Below, one piece after another: positions 1 to 10,547 of a stretch of DNA of 64,000 nucleotides. The stretch is taken from positions 672,001 to 736,000 of the forward strand of contig OY969814.1 in the NCBI GenBank assembly GCA_963703345.1. The letters are read 5' to 3'. The notes under the pieces are model-generated. The model was not told where the DNA came from and ran no database searches. It saw only the letters and a program-made list of their open reading frames with translations. This DNA comes from an uncultured Chloroflexia bacterium. GTDB taxonomy: Bacteria; Chloroflexota; Dehalococcoidia; DSTF01; JALHUB01. Numbering within the stretch: the first letter of the stretch is position 1; each line of letters starts with the position of its first letter. Position numbers and translations under genes: made by a program.

Positions 1-954
1 CGTCAGGACGAAGTCGCTCAGATTCATCAGGCCGATGCCTTCGCGGATGGCGGAAAAAGTGATTGTCGCAAGCACGCCGTTGCCGTCGGGACCGGGAGGA
101 TGCGTGCCCAACGTGCGACAGACAAGCCGCACCGAGTTGCCCGTCGGACTCGGAGTCGCAGCGTCACAGCTCACACTGCGCCCCGTGCTCCCGAGGAAAG
201 GGCCGTACTTAGCGCCGACGAACGAAGCGATAACCGGATCGAACTGAATGCTTGCCTGGAAGGCGCCAAGATCGGCCACGTTGTTGACCATAAGGTCGAT
301 GCTAAAATCGCTGCCGTTAAACGCCGTCTGCCCCGCCGGACGAAGGCAAGCGACCACGCCCGCAGGTGCGCCTTCGCACGTCGGGCCCGGCGTTGGCGAC
401 GGCGTGGGCACGACAGGGGTTGACGTCGGCCGCGGCGTCGGAAAGCCGATAGTGACTTGCCCATTTTCCGCCACCACCGGTATGTCATTGGCCAAGGGAT
501 CGCTCAGAAAGGTGGGATCGATGAAATCCAGAGGGCTCACTCCTTCGACGAGAGCGTTGAAAGTCATCGTCGCGACCTCACCAGAGCCGTCAACGCCAAC
601 TAGCCCATCGAACGAATAACAACCGAATGTCACTTTCCCCAGGGTCGTGTTCACGATAGCGTTGGGACATTCCACGGTTCGTCCGCTGCTTCCCAGGAAC
701 GGTCCCTCCGTTGCCGTCTGGAAGGCAACCAGGCTCGGGTCAAACTGGAGGGTGAACTCGAAAGAGCCCAGGTTGGAGACATCGTCCAGCATCACATTGA
801 CGCTGAACGAATCCCCTGCGCTCACGTTTTGAGTAGATGGGTCGAGGCGGACGACGGCCTGTTGGGCGGAAACGAAGCTGAAGTGGTAAGCCAGGAACAA
901 GGCAACGGCCAGCAGCGCCGCGCAGAGAAGAACCCCCCCTTGCCACGTCTTCAT
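1..954 (-). CDS. Secreted tandem-cohesin (scaffoldin-like) protein, runs off the left edge
   Basis: Not in the ORF track because there is no stop in the window. Manual translation from ATG 954: MKTWQGGVLLCAALLAVALFLAYHFSFVSA signal peptide; cohesin 1 (VRLDPSTQNVSAGDSFSVNVMLDDVSNLGSFEFTLQFDP...GSGEVATMTF); PT linker; cohesin 2 (FSIDLMVNNVADLGAFQASIQFDP...GNGVLATITF). Open to position 1. Confidence 0.85.
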   Translation of the reverse strand, partial: MKTWQGGVLLCAALLAVALFLAYHFSFVSAQQAVVRLDPSTQNVSAGDSFSVNVMLDDVSNLGSFEFTLQFDPSLVAFQTATEGPFLGSSGRTVECPNAIVNTTLGKVTFGCYSFDGLVGVDGSGEVATMTFNALVEGVSPLDFIDPTFLSDPLANDIPVVAENGQVTIGFPTPRPTSTPVVPTPSPTPGPTCEGAPAGVVACLRPAGQTAFNGSDFSIDLMVNNVADLGAFQASIQFDPVIASFVGAKYGPFLGSTGRSVSCDAATPSPTGNSVRLVCRTLGTHPPGPDGNGVLATITFSAIREGIGLMNLSDFVLT

Positions 955-1394
955 ATTAGTATTAATGGAGGACCTCAACTTACGTTACTTCGGCTGAAGC
1001 GAAGTGCTTCTCTGATCTACCTCAACGGAAAAAGCGTCGGAATATCACCATCTGCCGCCTTCTCCGTCGGTTTGTCAGTGGGTCTGAGCCAAAGCGGGCG
1101 CCTGCCACCGCCGCACAGCTTACCATAACAGTCGCTCTCGTTACATAAGATCACGAAATCCGGGTAAACTTCGGCCCCACAAATCAGGACCCATGTCGTC
1201 GCTTTCGAGGGGATTATTCTAGCGTTGCCGCTGTCACTTTATGTTATGAAGCAGCCTCAGCAGCGTTAAATTATATGCCGAAATGAAGCCACGACATCTT
1301 TTCGAGGGATGAAAAGAATTGGAGGTAATCTACCGGCGCCTTCCCCGTCCTCTTGCCCGTGTCGCCTGTTTCCGGCATTTTCGCTCAGGGGTAC

Positions 1395-1423
1395 TTGACA
1401 AAACCCGCTGAGAGTGCTACAAC
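1395..1423 (+). promoter_or_regulatory. Sigma70-type promoter for the 1756 gene
   Basis: TTGACA (1395-1400), 17 nt spacer, TACAAC (1418-1423) preceded by TG-n. Confidence 0.55.
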
Positions 1424-1755
1424 AGCGACGACTGGTGGCCTTTCCCCGCTCAAAGACCTAACCGAATAGCTGGCACTAATTGCCAGAGAACCAGCAAGGA
1501 GCGCCATGCGTCCCTGTTTAGGTTCGTCTTCGGTCTGCAAATGGTGCTACGAAGGATTCCCCTCGTCACCAGTCCCCTTCGTCGGCCCAGCAGATCCGCC
1601 ACCAGTGAGTTTAGAACCAGCTTTAGGCAGGCCCGGAAATGATATGGGCAAGAAAGGAGGGCCGCATAGAAGGGGGGCAGGACAATACTGGCCATGACTC
1701 TGTGGACGGGTCAGGCCGGCATTCCGATTGTTTTTTCTCTGGTAGGAGGAACTTG

Positions 1756-4700
1756 ATGATAAAGAAAGCTTTATTCGTGGGTGCCATCGGGCTGGTAGCG
1801 GTTATGGCAGCCTTCGGCCTGGGTCCTCTGGGTCGCGGCGCTACCCCCACCGGTGCCCTCATCGGCATACCCCTTCAGCCGTTCGCCCCGGACTGGTCAG
1901 GGAACGGGATTAACACCTCCCAACTTGGAGACACGAATACCGGTGGACGGTTGATATCGAACCAAATCGTGGGGAGCATCCGCCGCGGCCAGCGCATCGC
2001 GCTGCCCTACATCTACGCTGACCCGACTTCGCCCGTGCCCCTTGACATGGACGCCGTACCTGGACCAGGGCCGGCAAACAAGATAGGCGACGTCGGAGCC
2101 ACGCTGGACGTGATGTGTGACTCGCCGGCGGACGGCGCCTCTAACGACCAGATGTACGCGAGCCTAGGCCCGCCCATGGTTCCCTGGGACTGGAACAAGA
2201 TCACTACGGCGGTGCAGGGATCGTCTGACTCCTTCCTCTACGCCTTGGTGCCGCCTTACCCGTGGCTCTTGCGTGATAGGGCAGTGGTGGACCACTTCTA
2301 CGTCGCCGGCGCATCCGTTAGCGCCGCCGTCGTCCTGAACACCGTCTTTAACACCGTTCCCTGGTCTGCGAACGGCGGCGGCAACACGGCGACAACGAAG
2401 AACGGCGGCGACGCCCGTGTCTGGACGGCCGCCACTGACGGCCTCTGCATCGACACGCCGCAGGACAGCGTTTCGCACACGTGGACCAACTACGCGCAGC
2501 CTCTCCTGGGCGACACGGGCGGAGCCTGCACCGACGCCAACTGCGCCGACGCTACGGTCTACGGCCCTATAGGCAAGAACACTCAGACCGGGGCCGGAAC
2601 GGTGACCGTAACGGACAAGTACTTGAACAAGGGCCCGAACGCCGGCACCTACCTCCAGATATGGATCATTGAGGTGTTCGGCGTGGCCAACGCCAACTTT
2701 GTTACCGGCGGCGGGAAGTCTCTGTCTGTTCCCGAGAGCCTTGCGGTAGGCACCACGGTCGACGACCCGGAGGACATCGCGATTACGTGTCCTAGCTCCG
2801 GCTGGGGGCTCATAGTCGTCAAGAACGTCCTCATTCCGGTGTCTCCCACCGTGGAAAGGTACGCTCTGGACAACGCCGGCGTCCTTCCGATCCAGGTGAA
2901 CTGCAGCGGGGCGGGCACCGGGGAGGATCTGTCTGTCACCCAAGTCAGGCCGATCCACGTGACTTCACCCTCGGCCTCTAAGCCCGAGCAGATTAACCTC
3001 CTGAACACCGGACAGTCGGCGACGGTCACTATTCGTGACGTAGACAGCAACAACGCGACCACCACCCAGACTGCTGACTGGTACATAGACGTCGAGGTTC
3101 TGGGTGGTCAGCCTCTGACCGTGAGCCTGTCCGACGACGCGTCGCGCACAGTCGGGAGTAACGTTGAAGCATCCGATTGTACGCCCGCTAACTCCGGCTG
3201 CAACAAGTTCTCCCTCTCGATGGATCCGGGCCAGAGCGACCTCAAGGACGACCTGACCATAACTTGCCCGGCCGCCTCACCTGCGGGACGTTACTTTGTT
3301 GTGGTCAAGATAATCATCGTGCGCACAAGCGGCGGCGTGGTCGTGATGGACTCGAAGCCCGCGGACAACGCCCAGCGCCTGGTGATTCCGGTCAATTGCT
3401 GGTCGAGCATGCCGGCCGGTGACGGGACAGACGATGGCACGGGCCTCTTCCCCAAGTGGGTCATCGCCCTCAGCAACCCGGACTCCCGCCAGGACGGCAA
3501 CCTCTTCGCCTCGCCGCCCCCCTATGGCAGCTTGCTCCCGCCCAGCTTCCCTCAGGACGGTGGTCCTGACTCCAAGCTGCAGCAGCCCATCGGCACCTAC
3601 GTGGAGCGCGTCCTGCAGGTCGGCTGCTACTTTGAGACGAGCGACGGCTGCAAGACGAGTTCCGGCGGCGGTTCCTGCGACACTAACGCCGACGGCTACC
3701 TGACTGCCGCCGAGACACAGCGAGACTACCGTTACAATGCCGCTACTATGGACCCTGATGGTGACTGCCTCCAGTCCGCCGCTACCGCTCAGCCCGGGCA
3801 CCCCGTTGACCTGCCGACCCTCGCCGGCACGTGCGACCCGGTTCCGTGGGCCATGACTGGCGGGCCGGCTCAGGTGACCTACACCATGGACGCCGACCAC
3901 GACTGCGACGGTCTGCCGGATGGAGTCGAGGTTGCCTGGGGCTCCAACCCCATGGTTGCCGACACAGATGGTGACGGCGCGCCCGACTACGTCGAGATGT
4001 TCGACTTCACCAGCCCGGTGAACGCCGACACCGACTCCGACGGGTTCCTGGACAAGCCGTCCAGCGTCTTCGGCGACAACACCGACAAGTCCATGGACAA
4101 CTGCCCGACGATCTCGAACGCCGACGGACCAAGTGGCAACAGCCAGTTGAACACCGACGGCAAGCACCGCTCCGTTGGAGCCTCGATCCCGGCGGGCAAG
4201 GCGAGCAACCCGAACAAGGACAAGCTGGGCGACGCCTGCGACCCCGACAACGACAACGACGGGCTTCCCGACGCTGTTGAGGGCGTCATGGGCACGGTGG
4301 CCAAGGGTCTCCAGGGGGACGGAACGCCCTCCTACGACACCGACGGTGACCACTGCGTCGATGGGTCAGAGGTCTTGACGGGCAGCGACCCAACGTTAGC
4401 AACGTCCAAATGCCCCACCGGTGTCTACTTTACGCTGGCGATGGCGAAGTTCTTCCGCGCCTGTCACTGGAACCTGCCGATCCTGAGCACCGACACCGGA
4501 GGAGAGGCCAAGTTCCAGCAGTGGGACGCCAAGTACAGCAGCAACACCGACCGGGCCGAGCTTGACCCGGACCACGACGGTGTTGACTGCCAGACCCCAG
4601 ACCTCAAGATAGGCGACAAGGACAACGACAGCGGGCCGGCCACGTACGCCGACGTGCCCGACATCGTTGAGATCGAAGGCTACAACACCAACCCGGCGAA

Positions 4701-4974
4701 CAAGGACACGGACGGCGACGGCTGCGAAGACTTCGTCCAGATAAACGACCTAAACGGGAGCGGTGCGGTTGACACGACCGACCTGCTGATCGTTGCGACG
4801 TACATCAACAAGCTCCCGCCGGCGGTTGACAAGACTTCGTTTGAGGTGATCGACGTCAACAAGGACCTGAAGATCAACTCCAGCGACCTCCTGCAAGTCG
4901 CATCCAACACCTGCGCCGCCAAGGCCGGCGCCGGTGGCTGTGGCAAGAACGTTTGCAAGCTTAACGTGTACTAG
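1756..4974 (+). CDS. Large secreted Cys/Asp-rich protein with two Ig-like repeats, TSP3-like Ca-binding repeats and a C-terminal dockerin-like domain
   Basis: Start placed at ATG 1756 after AGGAGG (MIKKALFVGAIGLVAVMAAFG signal peptide). Repeated ITCP...VVK...DNA...VNC module; many DxDxDG motifs (DTDGDG, DNDNDG, DKLGDACD); terminal DLNGSGAVDTTDLL / DVNKDLKINSSDLL pair. Confidence 0.8.
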   Translation: MIKKALFVGAIGLVAVMAAFGLGPLGRGATPTGALIGIPLQPFAPDWSGNGINTSQLGDTNTGGRLISNQIVGSIRRGQRIALPYIYADPTSPVPLDMDAVPGPGPANKIGDVGATLDVMCDSPADGASNDQMYASLGPPMVPWDWNKITTAVQGSSDSFLYALVPPYPWLLRDRAVVDHFYVAGASVSAAVVLNTVFNTVPWSANGGGNTATTKNGGDARVWTAATDGLCIDTPQDSVSHTWTNYAQPLLGDTGGACTDANCADATVYGPIGKNTQTGAGTVTVTDKYLNKGPNAGTYLQIWIIEVFGVANANFVTGGGKSLSVPESLAVGTTVDDPEDIAITCPSSGWGLIVVKNVLIPVSPTVERYALDNAGVLPIQVNCSGAGTGEDLSVTQVRPIHVTSPSASKPEQINLLNTGQSATVTIRDVDSNNATTTQTADWYIDVEVLGGQPLTVSLSDDASRTVGSNVEASDCTPANSGCNKFSLSMDPGQSDLKDDLTITCPAASPAGRYFVVVKIIIVRTSGGVVVMDSKPADNAQRLVIPVNCWSSMPAGDGTDDGTGLFPKWVIALSNPDSRQDGNLFASPPPYGSLLPPSFPQDGGPDSKLQQPIGTYVERVLQVGCYFETSDGCKTSSGGGSCDTNADGYLTAAETQRDYRYNAATMDPDGDCLQSAATAQPGHPVDLPTLAGTCDPVPWAMTGGPAQVTYTMDADHDCDGLPDGVEVAWGSNPMVADTDGDGAPDYVEMFDFTSPVNADTDSDGFLDKPSSVFGDNTDKSMDNCPTISNADGPSGNSQLNTDGKHRSVGASIPAGKASNPNKDKLGDACDPDNDNDGLPDAVEGVMGTVAKGLQGDGTPSYDTDGDHCVDGSEVLTGSDPTLATSKCPTGVYFTLAMAKFFRACHWNLPILSTDTGGEAKFQQWDAKYSSNTDRAELDPDHDGVDCQTPDLKIGDKDNDSGPATYADVPDIVEIEGYNTNPANKDTDGDGCEDFVQINDLNGSGAVDTTDLLIVATYINKLPPAVDKTSFEVIDVNKDLKINSSDLLQVASNTCAAKAGAGGCGKNVCKLNVY

Positions 4975-5028
4975 CGTCGGGAAAGTTGTTTCCCGAACGG
5001 AACAGTAGAAAAACAGAATAGGCAATAA

Positions 5029-5070
5029 GTACCGTCCGGGCCGGCGCCCGAAGAACGGCCCGGACGGTAC
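5029..5070. terminator. Strong intergenic stem-loop followed by an A-run
   Basis: 15-bp perfect inverted repeat gtaccgtccgggccg / cggcccggacggtac, then AAAAAA. Confidence 0.55.
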
Positions 5071-5195
5071 AAAAAACAGGCATCAACTTACAGATGGTCC
5101 GGCGCAAAAAGCGTGGAACGAAAGGAGGGGCGCAACGGAACATAAGTCGCTAAAAGGACCCCGCCCAGTTACTATGGTAGGAGGTAAACCTTAAA

Positions 5196-7724
5196 ATGAA
5201 GCGTTCGTTACTAGTAATAACAGCCGTCTCGGTCATGGGCCTGATCCTTGGTGGATTCTCGCTCTTCGGCCACAGCGGCTCGGCCAAGGCGGTCACGCCG
5301 ACCACGGTCATGGTGTCGTCCATCCCGGGCGCTGCCGCGAGCGGTGTAACCGGCGCCATCTCGATGTTGGACGCCGGGGGCGGCATCGTGATCTCGCAGG
5401 AAACTGCATGGGGCCTTACGCCTTTCTACCCGAACCTGCCGGGAGTCTTCTACTTTGGCGCGAATGACTGCCTGATACAGGACGTCGTAGGCATGGGCGT
5501 GTACCACGCGGCCGCGGCTGACCAGGGCCTGTTCCTGGACCTCCCGACCGCGTACTTCCACGGCGTCACGCAGAACGCGGACAACAGCCTCACGCTCGGC
5601 AACCTGGCGGTCACGGGCGGCTACGACGTCGTGATCAACACGGTCACGAAGGCCCCGTACACTGGCTACCTCTCGGGCATCAAGAGCGTGGGAATCTCCA
5701 CGCTGCCGGGCTTCAACCCCGCGCAGGACTACACCGCGATCGCGCGTATCCAGCACCTGGCGTGTGGCAACACTGATGGGTCCGCGGTTACCCCCTGGGG
5801 CGCCATTCTGGACGCCGCCTGGAAGATCCCGGACCCGGCCTGCGACATCAACCAGGACCTGGTCTGCGACGCCGGTGATGTCCACATCGCTCTGGACATG
5901 GACGTCACCGATGGCGTCGTCACCAACGGCAGCAAGGACTGCAACCCGGTAACGCCGCAAGTCCCCGGCGATTACCCCACCACTGTGTACCCGGTTGGCA
6001 CAACCTACAAGGTCGCCGTCTGTCTGGTTGGCGCCGGCACATCGGTGGGTGGCACCAACGGACCACCGGCTGCCTTCGACTTCCAGGTGTCGTACGACAG
6101 AACTCTGAACGAGTGCGTGACGGACGGAGTCACTGACTTCAACTTGGATTCCAACCCGGACGCCAACACCGGCACGTCCTCGATGACCTCGCCCAACCTG
6201 GGCACTTCCCTCAACTGGGATTGCACCGCCTCCGGCAACGCACTGCCGACCTGTGACCTTGACCCCAGCGGTCCTAGGGGCGTGGCCTATCTCGGCTGCT
6301 TCATGGGGAGCGGTACTCCCACCCTGCCCACGGGCGACCTAGTCGCAGCGCCTCTCGCCGAGATCTCGTTCAAGAGCCTGGCAGAGGGCATCGACACCCT
6401 GACCGTGATCGAAGCCACCGAGGCGGACAAGGGCACGAACCAGAACATAAGCTGCCCGCCCAACACAGGTGAGTTGAACAGGTGCTTCGACGGGCTGGAC
6501 TTCAAGGGCGAGCCGCCGACGTGGACGCCAACGCCCACGAAGACGAACACGAACACGCCGACGATCACGAACACGCCGACGCTAACGCCGACGCAGACGC
6601 CGACGAACACGCCGACGAACACGCCGACTGAGACGCCGACGAACACGCCGACGAACACGCCGACTGACACGCCGACTGTCACCGACACGCCGACGAACAC
6701 GGCGACGGCCACTACGGTTCCCGGCGTGAAGATGCAGAAGGACGCCGACATTCACTCGGAGGGTGTCCAGGACAGCGCCGTCCTGTGGCTCACGAAGGCC
6801 GGTTGCTGGCTGCTTGACGCGAACGGCCACGTCGTTTTGGACAGCCTGGGCCAGCCCGTAATTGACCCGGCGAAGGCCCTCGCCGCCAATGGCAAGGGCT
6901 GCCTGAAGATTGACGAGTACGTCACCGGCATCTTCGACAAGGACAACACCAACGACTCCGACAACATTCCTGAGGGACTCGGCGCCTGGGAGCACGAGAT
7001 CTTCTGGGACAAGCAGTTCGTCTCCGTGTCGACGGCTCCGGACAACGCCTGGCTCACCAGCGGCGGCCGCGTCGTTAACGTCAACGAGGCAGGCGGCTGT
7101 TTCGTCACCGTCCAGACCGAGACCTCGATTCTCGAAGGCTGCGTGACCAAGGATGCGTTGGCCTGGGTGTACGACCCAGTAACGCAGACGTGGTCGTTGG
7201 TGCCGCAGAACAAGCCCGGACCTAACGGGTGCCAGGTGGGTGTTGACCCCGGCTGCACAGTCAGCAGCCCGGACGGCGTGGTGTCAGAGATCTACATCAC
7301 GCCGAACTTGGCCAACCTGATCTACACCGCTCACTTCCGGCCGACGAAGGACAACGGCGTGGTAACTACCATCGCCGACAAGGACTGCGAAGTTACCGAC
7401 ACCCAGGGCGAGCGGATCCAGGGTACCCTCCCCGGCCAGCTCACCACGGTGTGCGGTAGCGCCTTCATCACGCTCCGGATGCTCGAGGGTGACCTCAACC
7501 TCGACTGCACGGTCGATGTTGCGGACGACCAGGCAGAGGCCTTCCGGTACGGCTTGACACTCGGCCTGAACGGTTACGACCAGTGGTACGACCTGGAGCC
7601 CAAGTGGTCCGACAACGACATCGACATCAAGGACCTCCAGTTCGTCTTCGGTCGCAACTACAGCACCTGCGACCTGCCCATACCTGACGACCAGAGTATT
7701 CCTGCGCCGCATGTAGACCCGTAA
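5196..7724 (+). CDS. Secreted adaptor-like protein: cohesin-like domain, PT linker, second cohesin-like domain, C-terminal dockerin-like domain
   Basis: RBS AGGAGGT; signal peptide; [10 protein letters not shown]...[16 protein letters not shown]; TPTN repeats; [12 protein letters not shown]; [13 protein letters not shown] / [14 protein letters not shown]. Confidence 0.75.
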   Translation: MKRSLLVITAVSVMGLILGGFSLFGHSGSAKAVTPTTVMVSSIPGAAASGVTGAISMLDAGGGIVISQETAWGLTPFYPNLPGVFYFGANDCLIQDVVGMGVYHAAAADQGLFLDLPTAYFHGVTQNADNSLTLGNLAVTGGYDVVINTVTKAPYTGYLSGIKSVGISTLPGFNPAQDYTAIARIQHLACGNTDGSAVTPWGAILDAAWKIPDPACDINQDLVCDAGDVHIALDMDVTDGVVTNGSKDCNPVTPQVPGDYPTTVYPVGTTYKVAVCLVGAGTSVGGTNGPPAAFDFQVSYDRTLNECVTDGVTDFNLDSNPDANTGTSSMTSPNLGTSLNWDCTASGNALPTCDLDPSGPRGVAYLGCFMGSGTPTLPTGDLVAAPLAEISFKSLAEGIDTLTVIEATEADKGTNQNISCPPNTGELNRCFDGLDFKGEPPTWTPTPTKTNTNTPTITNTPTLTPTQTPTNTPTNTPTETPTNTPTNTPTDTPTVTDTPTNTATATTVPGVKMQKDADIHSEGVQDSAVLWLTKAGCWLLDANGHVVLDSLGQPVIDPAKALAANGKGCLKIDEYVTGIFDKDNTNDSDNIPEGLGAWEHEIFWDKQFVSVSTAPDNAWLTSGGRVVNVNEAGGCFVTVQTETSILEGCVTKDALAWVYDPVTQTWSLVPQNKPGPNGCQVGVDPGCTVSSPDGVVSEIYITPNLANLIYTAHFRPTKDNGVVTTIADKDCEVTDTQGERIQGTLPGQLTTVCGSAFITLRMLEGDLNLDCTVDVADDQAEAFRYGLTLGLNGYDQWYDLEPKWSDNDIDIKDLQFVFGRNYSTCDLPIPDDQSIPAPHVDP
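6524..6720 (+). repeat. Coding Pro/Thr linker repeat ([12 protein letters not shown], 12-bp period)
   Basis: Repeated acgccgacgaac units within the 5196 CDS. Confidence 0.8.
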
Positions 7725-7768
7725 GCGAACAGGATAGTCGAAGTCCAGGTATAGACTGGAGCAATGAA

Positions 7769-7814
7769 TTGGCGGGGGAGCGCCGATCCAGAAGTGGAGC
7801 GGCTCCCCCGCCAA
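7769..7814. terminator. Intergenic stem-loop followed by an A-run
   Basis: ttggcgggggagc ... gctcccccgccaa inverted repeat. Confidence 0.55.
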
Positions 7815-7879
7815 AAAATTATCGGATGGGCGGATTGCTGAATTAAAGAAAGGCCCGTCGATATTTAACAGAATAAAAC

Positions 7880-7908
7880 TTGATAGGCGCAGTGGCTCAT
7901 CCTACAAT
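7880..7908 (+). promoter_or_regulatory. Sigma70-type promoter
   Basis: TTGATA-17 nt-TACAAT upstream of the 7972 CDS. Confidence 0.6.
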
Positions 7909-7971
7909 GGCGGCGCTGCTGGTAAAAGACACCGCGAAGGGACCCGGGAAGGATCACACCAGGAGGCGGTT

Positions 7972-8991
7972 TTGACAATGAACCATCGGCTAATCCCCCG
8001 TCTGGCCCTGGCCTGCTCCCTCACAGGACTCGTGCTTCTCGCGGTCTCCAATCCCTTCTCAGTCCAGGCCGCCGGGCCGCCGCTCATGCGGCTCGATCCG
8101 CCTAGCCAGAACGTCGATGTCGGCGGCGGCCCCTTCACGGTTTCCGTCATGATCGACAACGTTTCCAACCTCGGCTCCTACGAGTTCGAACTGCAGTTCG
8201 ACCCGCAAGTCGTGCGCTTCGTTGGCGTGGAAGACGGCGGCTTCTTGGGAAGCACGCAAAGGCAGCTTCAGTGCCCCACCGCAACGCTCTTCTACCCCGC
8301 GGAGGGCGAACCACCGAACATGGTCCGCTACAGTTGCAGTACCCTCGATCCGACGCCTGCGGGCCCTGACGGCTCCGGACGTCTCGCCACTGTGACGCTT
8401 GCTCCAGTGGGCTCCGGGTACAGCGATCTCACTCTAATCGCATCGACTCTCGACACAGGCACAAGCGACATCACAGGCGAAGACTTCCATACGATCAGCC
8501 AGAGCGGGGCAGTGAACATTGCAGGCGAAGGACCAACTGCAACGCCGCGTCCCGATGAGCCGACCGCCGTCCCGACCGCCAAGTACGTCCCTCACGTGTA
8601 CGTCACCGTGACTCCTGGCGGCGGCTCGATCTTCACTCCGCAGCCGGGTGAGACACCGCTCACGCGTCCAATGCCCGGCAGAGCAATAGACGACCCTCCG
8701 CCCGGTGCACTCGCCGCGGCTGCTCCCGCTGGCGGCGTGACACCTGAGTACGGCCCGTCCGATTCGAACGTCGACAACCCTCTAGGGCTGAGCATCGGTG
8801 CGGGTGAGGACCAACCGAGAGCAGCCGGGGGCGCGCTTGCCGGCACCAGCCAGGGAGAGCATGAATCATCATCCGGGCCTCCGCTTTTCGCCGATGTGCT
8901 CATAGCGATCGGCGCCGGCGCCGGCCTCCTATTCCTTATGTTCTACCTCAAGCGTATTCGCGCTCGGCGGAACGACAACTCGAATCTATAG
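7972..8991 (+). CDS. Cohesin-domain protein with C-terminal TM anchor
   Basis: Signal peptide; FTVSVMIDNVSNLGSYEFELQFDPQVV...GSGRLATVTL cohesin; Pro-rich linker; TM helix plus KRIRARR tail. Start is TTG 7972 or ATG 7978. Confidence 0.8.
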   Translation: MTMNHRLIPRLALACSLTGLVLLAVSNPFSVQAAGPPLMRLDPPSQNVDVGGGPFTVSVMIDNVSNLGSYEFELQFDPQVVRFVGVEDGGFLGSTQRQLQCPTATLFYPAEGEPPNMVRYSCSTLDPTPAGPDGSGRLATVTLAPVGSGYSDLTLIASTLDTGTSDITGEDFHTISQSGAVNIAGEGPTATPRPDEPTAVPTAKYVPHVYVTVTPGGGSIFTPQPGETPLTRPMPGRAIDDPPPGALAAAAPAGGVTPEYGPSDSNVDNPLGLSIGAGEDQPRAAGGALAGTSQGEHESSSGPPLFADVLIAIGAGAGLLFLMFYLKRIRARRNDNSNL

Positions 8992-9119
8992 AGGCAGAAT
9001 CGGCTTTGTTATCGGGACTCTTCCTACATCGATTCGCTTTCGCCTGCAACGGGCGATGGCCGGGGATGGATCTTGATACGTGGGATACGAAGGAAGCCGC
9101 ATGAGGAGGCCTGAGTAAG

Positions 9120-10367
9120 ATGAGGAAACCCACATTTATCCGTTCTTGTTTTTTCGTGTTGCTGGCGGTTCTCGTAGTCACACTCGCAGGGGAGAGAACC
9201 CCGACTTATGCCGCTGGCAGCCCCTCCATTGCCCCAACCAGCAAAGTCTACCTTGCCACTCCCGGCCTGTACTTCACCAGCTATGCCAATCTGACAGAAG
9301 CCGTGACCACCACTTCTGCCACCTCTATTCACATCACTAACGGCAGCTCGAACAGTCTGCGCACAACATGGACGATAAAGGTCGATTCTGAGTTGATGCT
9401 AATCAACCAGCTCACTCTGGGAGCTTCAGGAGCCCCCGATACGATGGTGGTCAGCCGGGGCCAGGGCGGCACAACTGCCGCCACGCACGCAGCGAGCACG
9501 AATGTGAAGAGCAAGGCCGTCGCCGTTGACATCTTCGCGCAGAACGTATCAGCCCCGACCTATGGCCTCGGCGCCTTCAAAGTCCAGATCACCATCCCGC
9601 CAGGCCAACTCATAGACTTCAGTTACGACTCGACTTGGCTCATCAGCACCGGACGCACGCCGCGCTGCCTGGCAGCCGTCCAGGAGTCGCCGGGCGTCTG
9701 GACGGTGCAATGCGCAACGCTCAACAACCCGGGCCAAGGTCAGCCTTCGTGGTATCCGCCGGGACCCAACGGCAGCGGCAGAATCGCTCGTATCACGATT
9801 CTTCCGCCGGCAACCGGATTGGCCCTCGTTCCTCTCACCGGCAGCTTCGTGACCGATGTCCAGGGCACTAACCTTGGAGCTATCGTAACCCAGATCGCAA
9901 TCCTGTCCGCCGACTGTCCCGACACAAACATGGACAACAAAGTGAACACCACCGATCTGTTGAACGTCGCCATGAACCTGGGTGACGCTGGCGTGGACAG
10001 CGGAGCGACGATCTTAAACGACATAACGTCCACGCAAACCCTGATCGCCATCAGCGACCAAAGCCTCCTTTCCAAGGTTGCTCCTAACAACATCATAGCC
10101 ATTGACAACGAATCGATGACCGTGGTGAATCTCGGGGGCGGTTCCCCGGGTACGATGACTGTTACTCGAGGCACCAACTATCCGCAGCCGGCGGCTCACA
10201 AGGCCGGCTCGCCCATCTACCGTGCGACAACAGACGGCAACCATGACGGCAAGCGGGCTTACAGTCCCAGGCGAGATGTCACGCACGATCGGATCATCAA
10301 TATGACCGACCTCCTGAGAGTGGCCAGCTTCTTTGCGCTCACTCAGACCTGCCCGGCGCCGCCCTAG
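9120..10367 (+). CDS. Secreted cohesin-like plus split dockerin-like protein with two copies of an inserted beta module
   Basis: Signal peptide; GLGAFKVQI...GPNGSGRIARITI; DTNMDNKVNTTDLL and DVTHDRIINMTDLL; two (V/I)D.E...TM.V.RG...H modules. Confidence 0.7.
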   Translation: MRKPTFIRSCFFVLLAVLVVTLAGERTPTYAAGSPSIAPTSKVYLATPGLYFTSYANLTEAVTTTSATSIHITNGSSNSLRTTWTIKVDSELMLINQLTLGASGAPDTMVVSRGQGGTTAATHAASTNVKSKAVAVDIFAQNVSAPTYGLGAFKVQITIPPGQLIDFSYDSTWLISTGRTPRCLAAVQESPGVWTVQCATLNNPGQGQPSWYPPGPNGSGRIARITILPPATGLALVPLTGSFVTDVQGTNLGAIVTQIAILSADCPDTNMDNKVNTTDLLNVAMNLGDAGVDSGATILNDITSTQTLIAISDQSLLSKVAPNNIIAIDNESMTVVNLGGGSPGTMTVTRGTNYPQPAAHKAGSPIYRATTDGNHDGKRAYSPRRDVTHDRIINMTDLLRVASFFALTQTCPAPP

Positions 10368-10547
10368 TGCCGCGCCGCGTTGGGCGGCCCGGTTTTCCTG
10401 CCAAAAATGTGATCAGCGGTTAACCTCGGCGGGCAGTTGCGCGTTATATATCGATAGGGTATCGTCCGCCCTAGAATCTTCTCGAGGCCTGAACCGCGCC
10501 GGGAGGCCTCTCAACGCGTGCTTGGACTACGATCAGGAGGTAGTGGA

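Noticed and set aside
1639-1755. N-terminal extension of the 1111-aa ORF
   Set aside because: The signal peptide and RBS support ATG 1756.
6287-6751. Antisense ORFs rich in VGV repeats (also 11063-11824, 34631-34852, 39841-40914)
   Set aside because: They are mirror translations of Pro/Thr linkers on the opposite strand.
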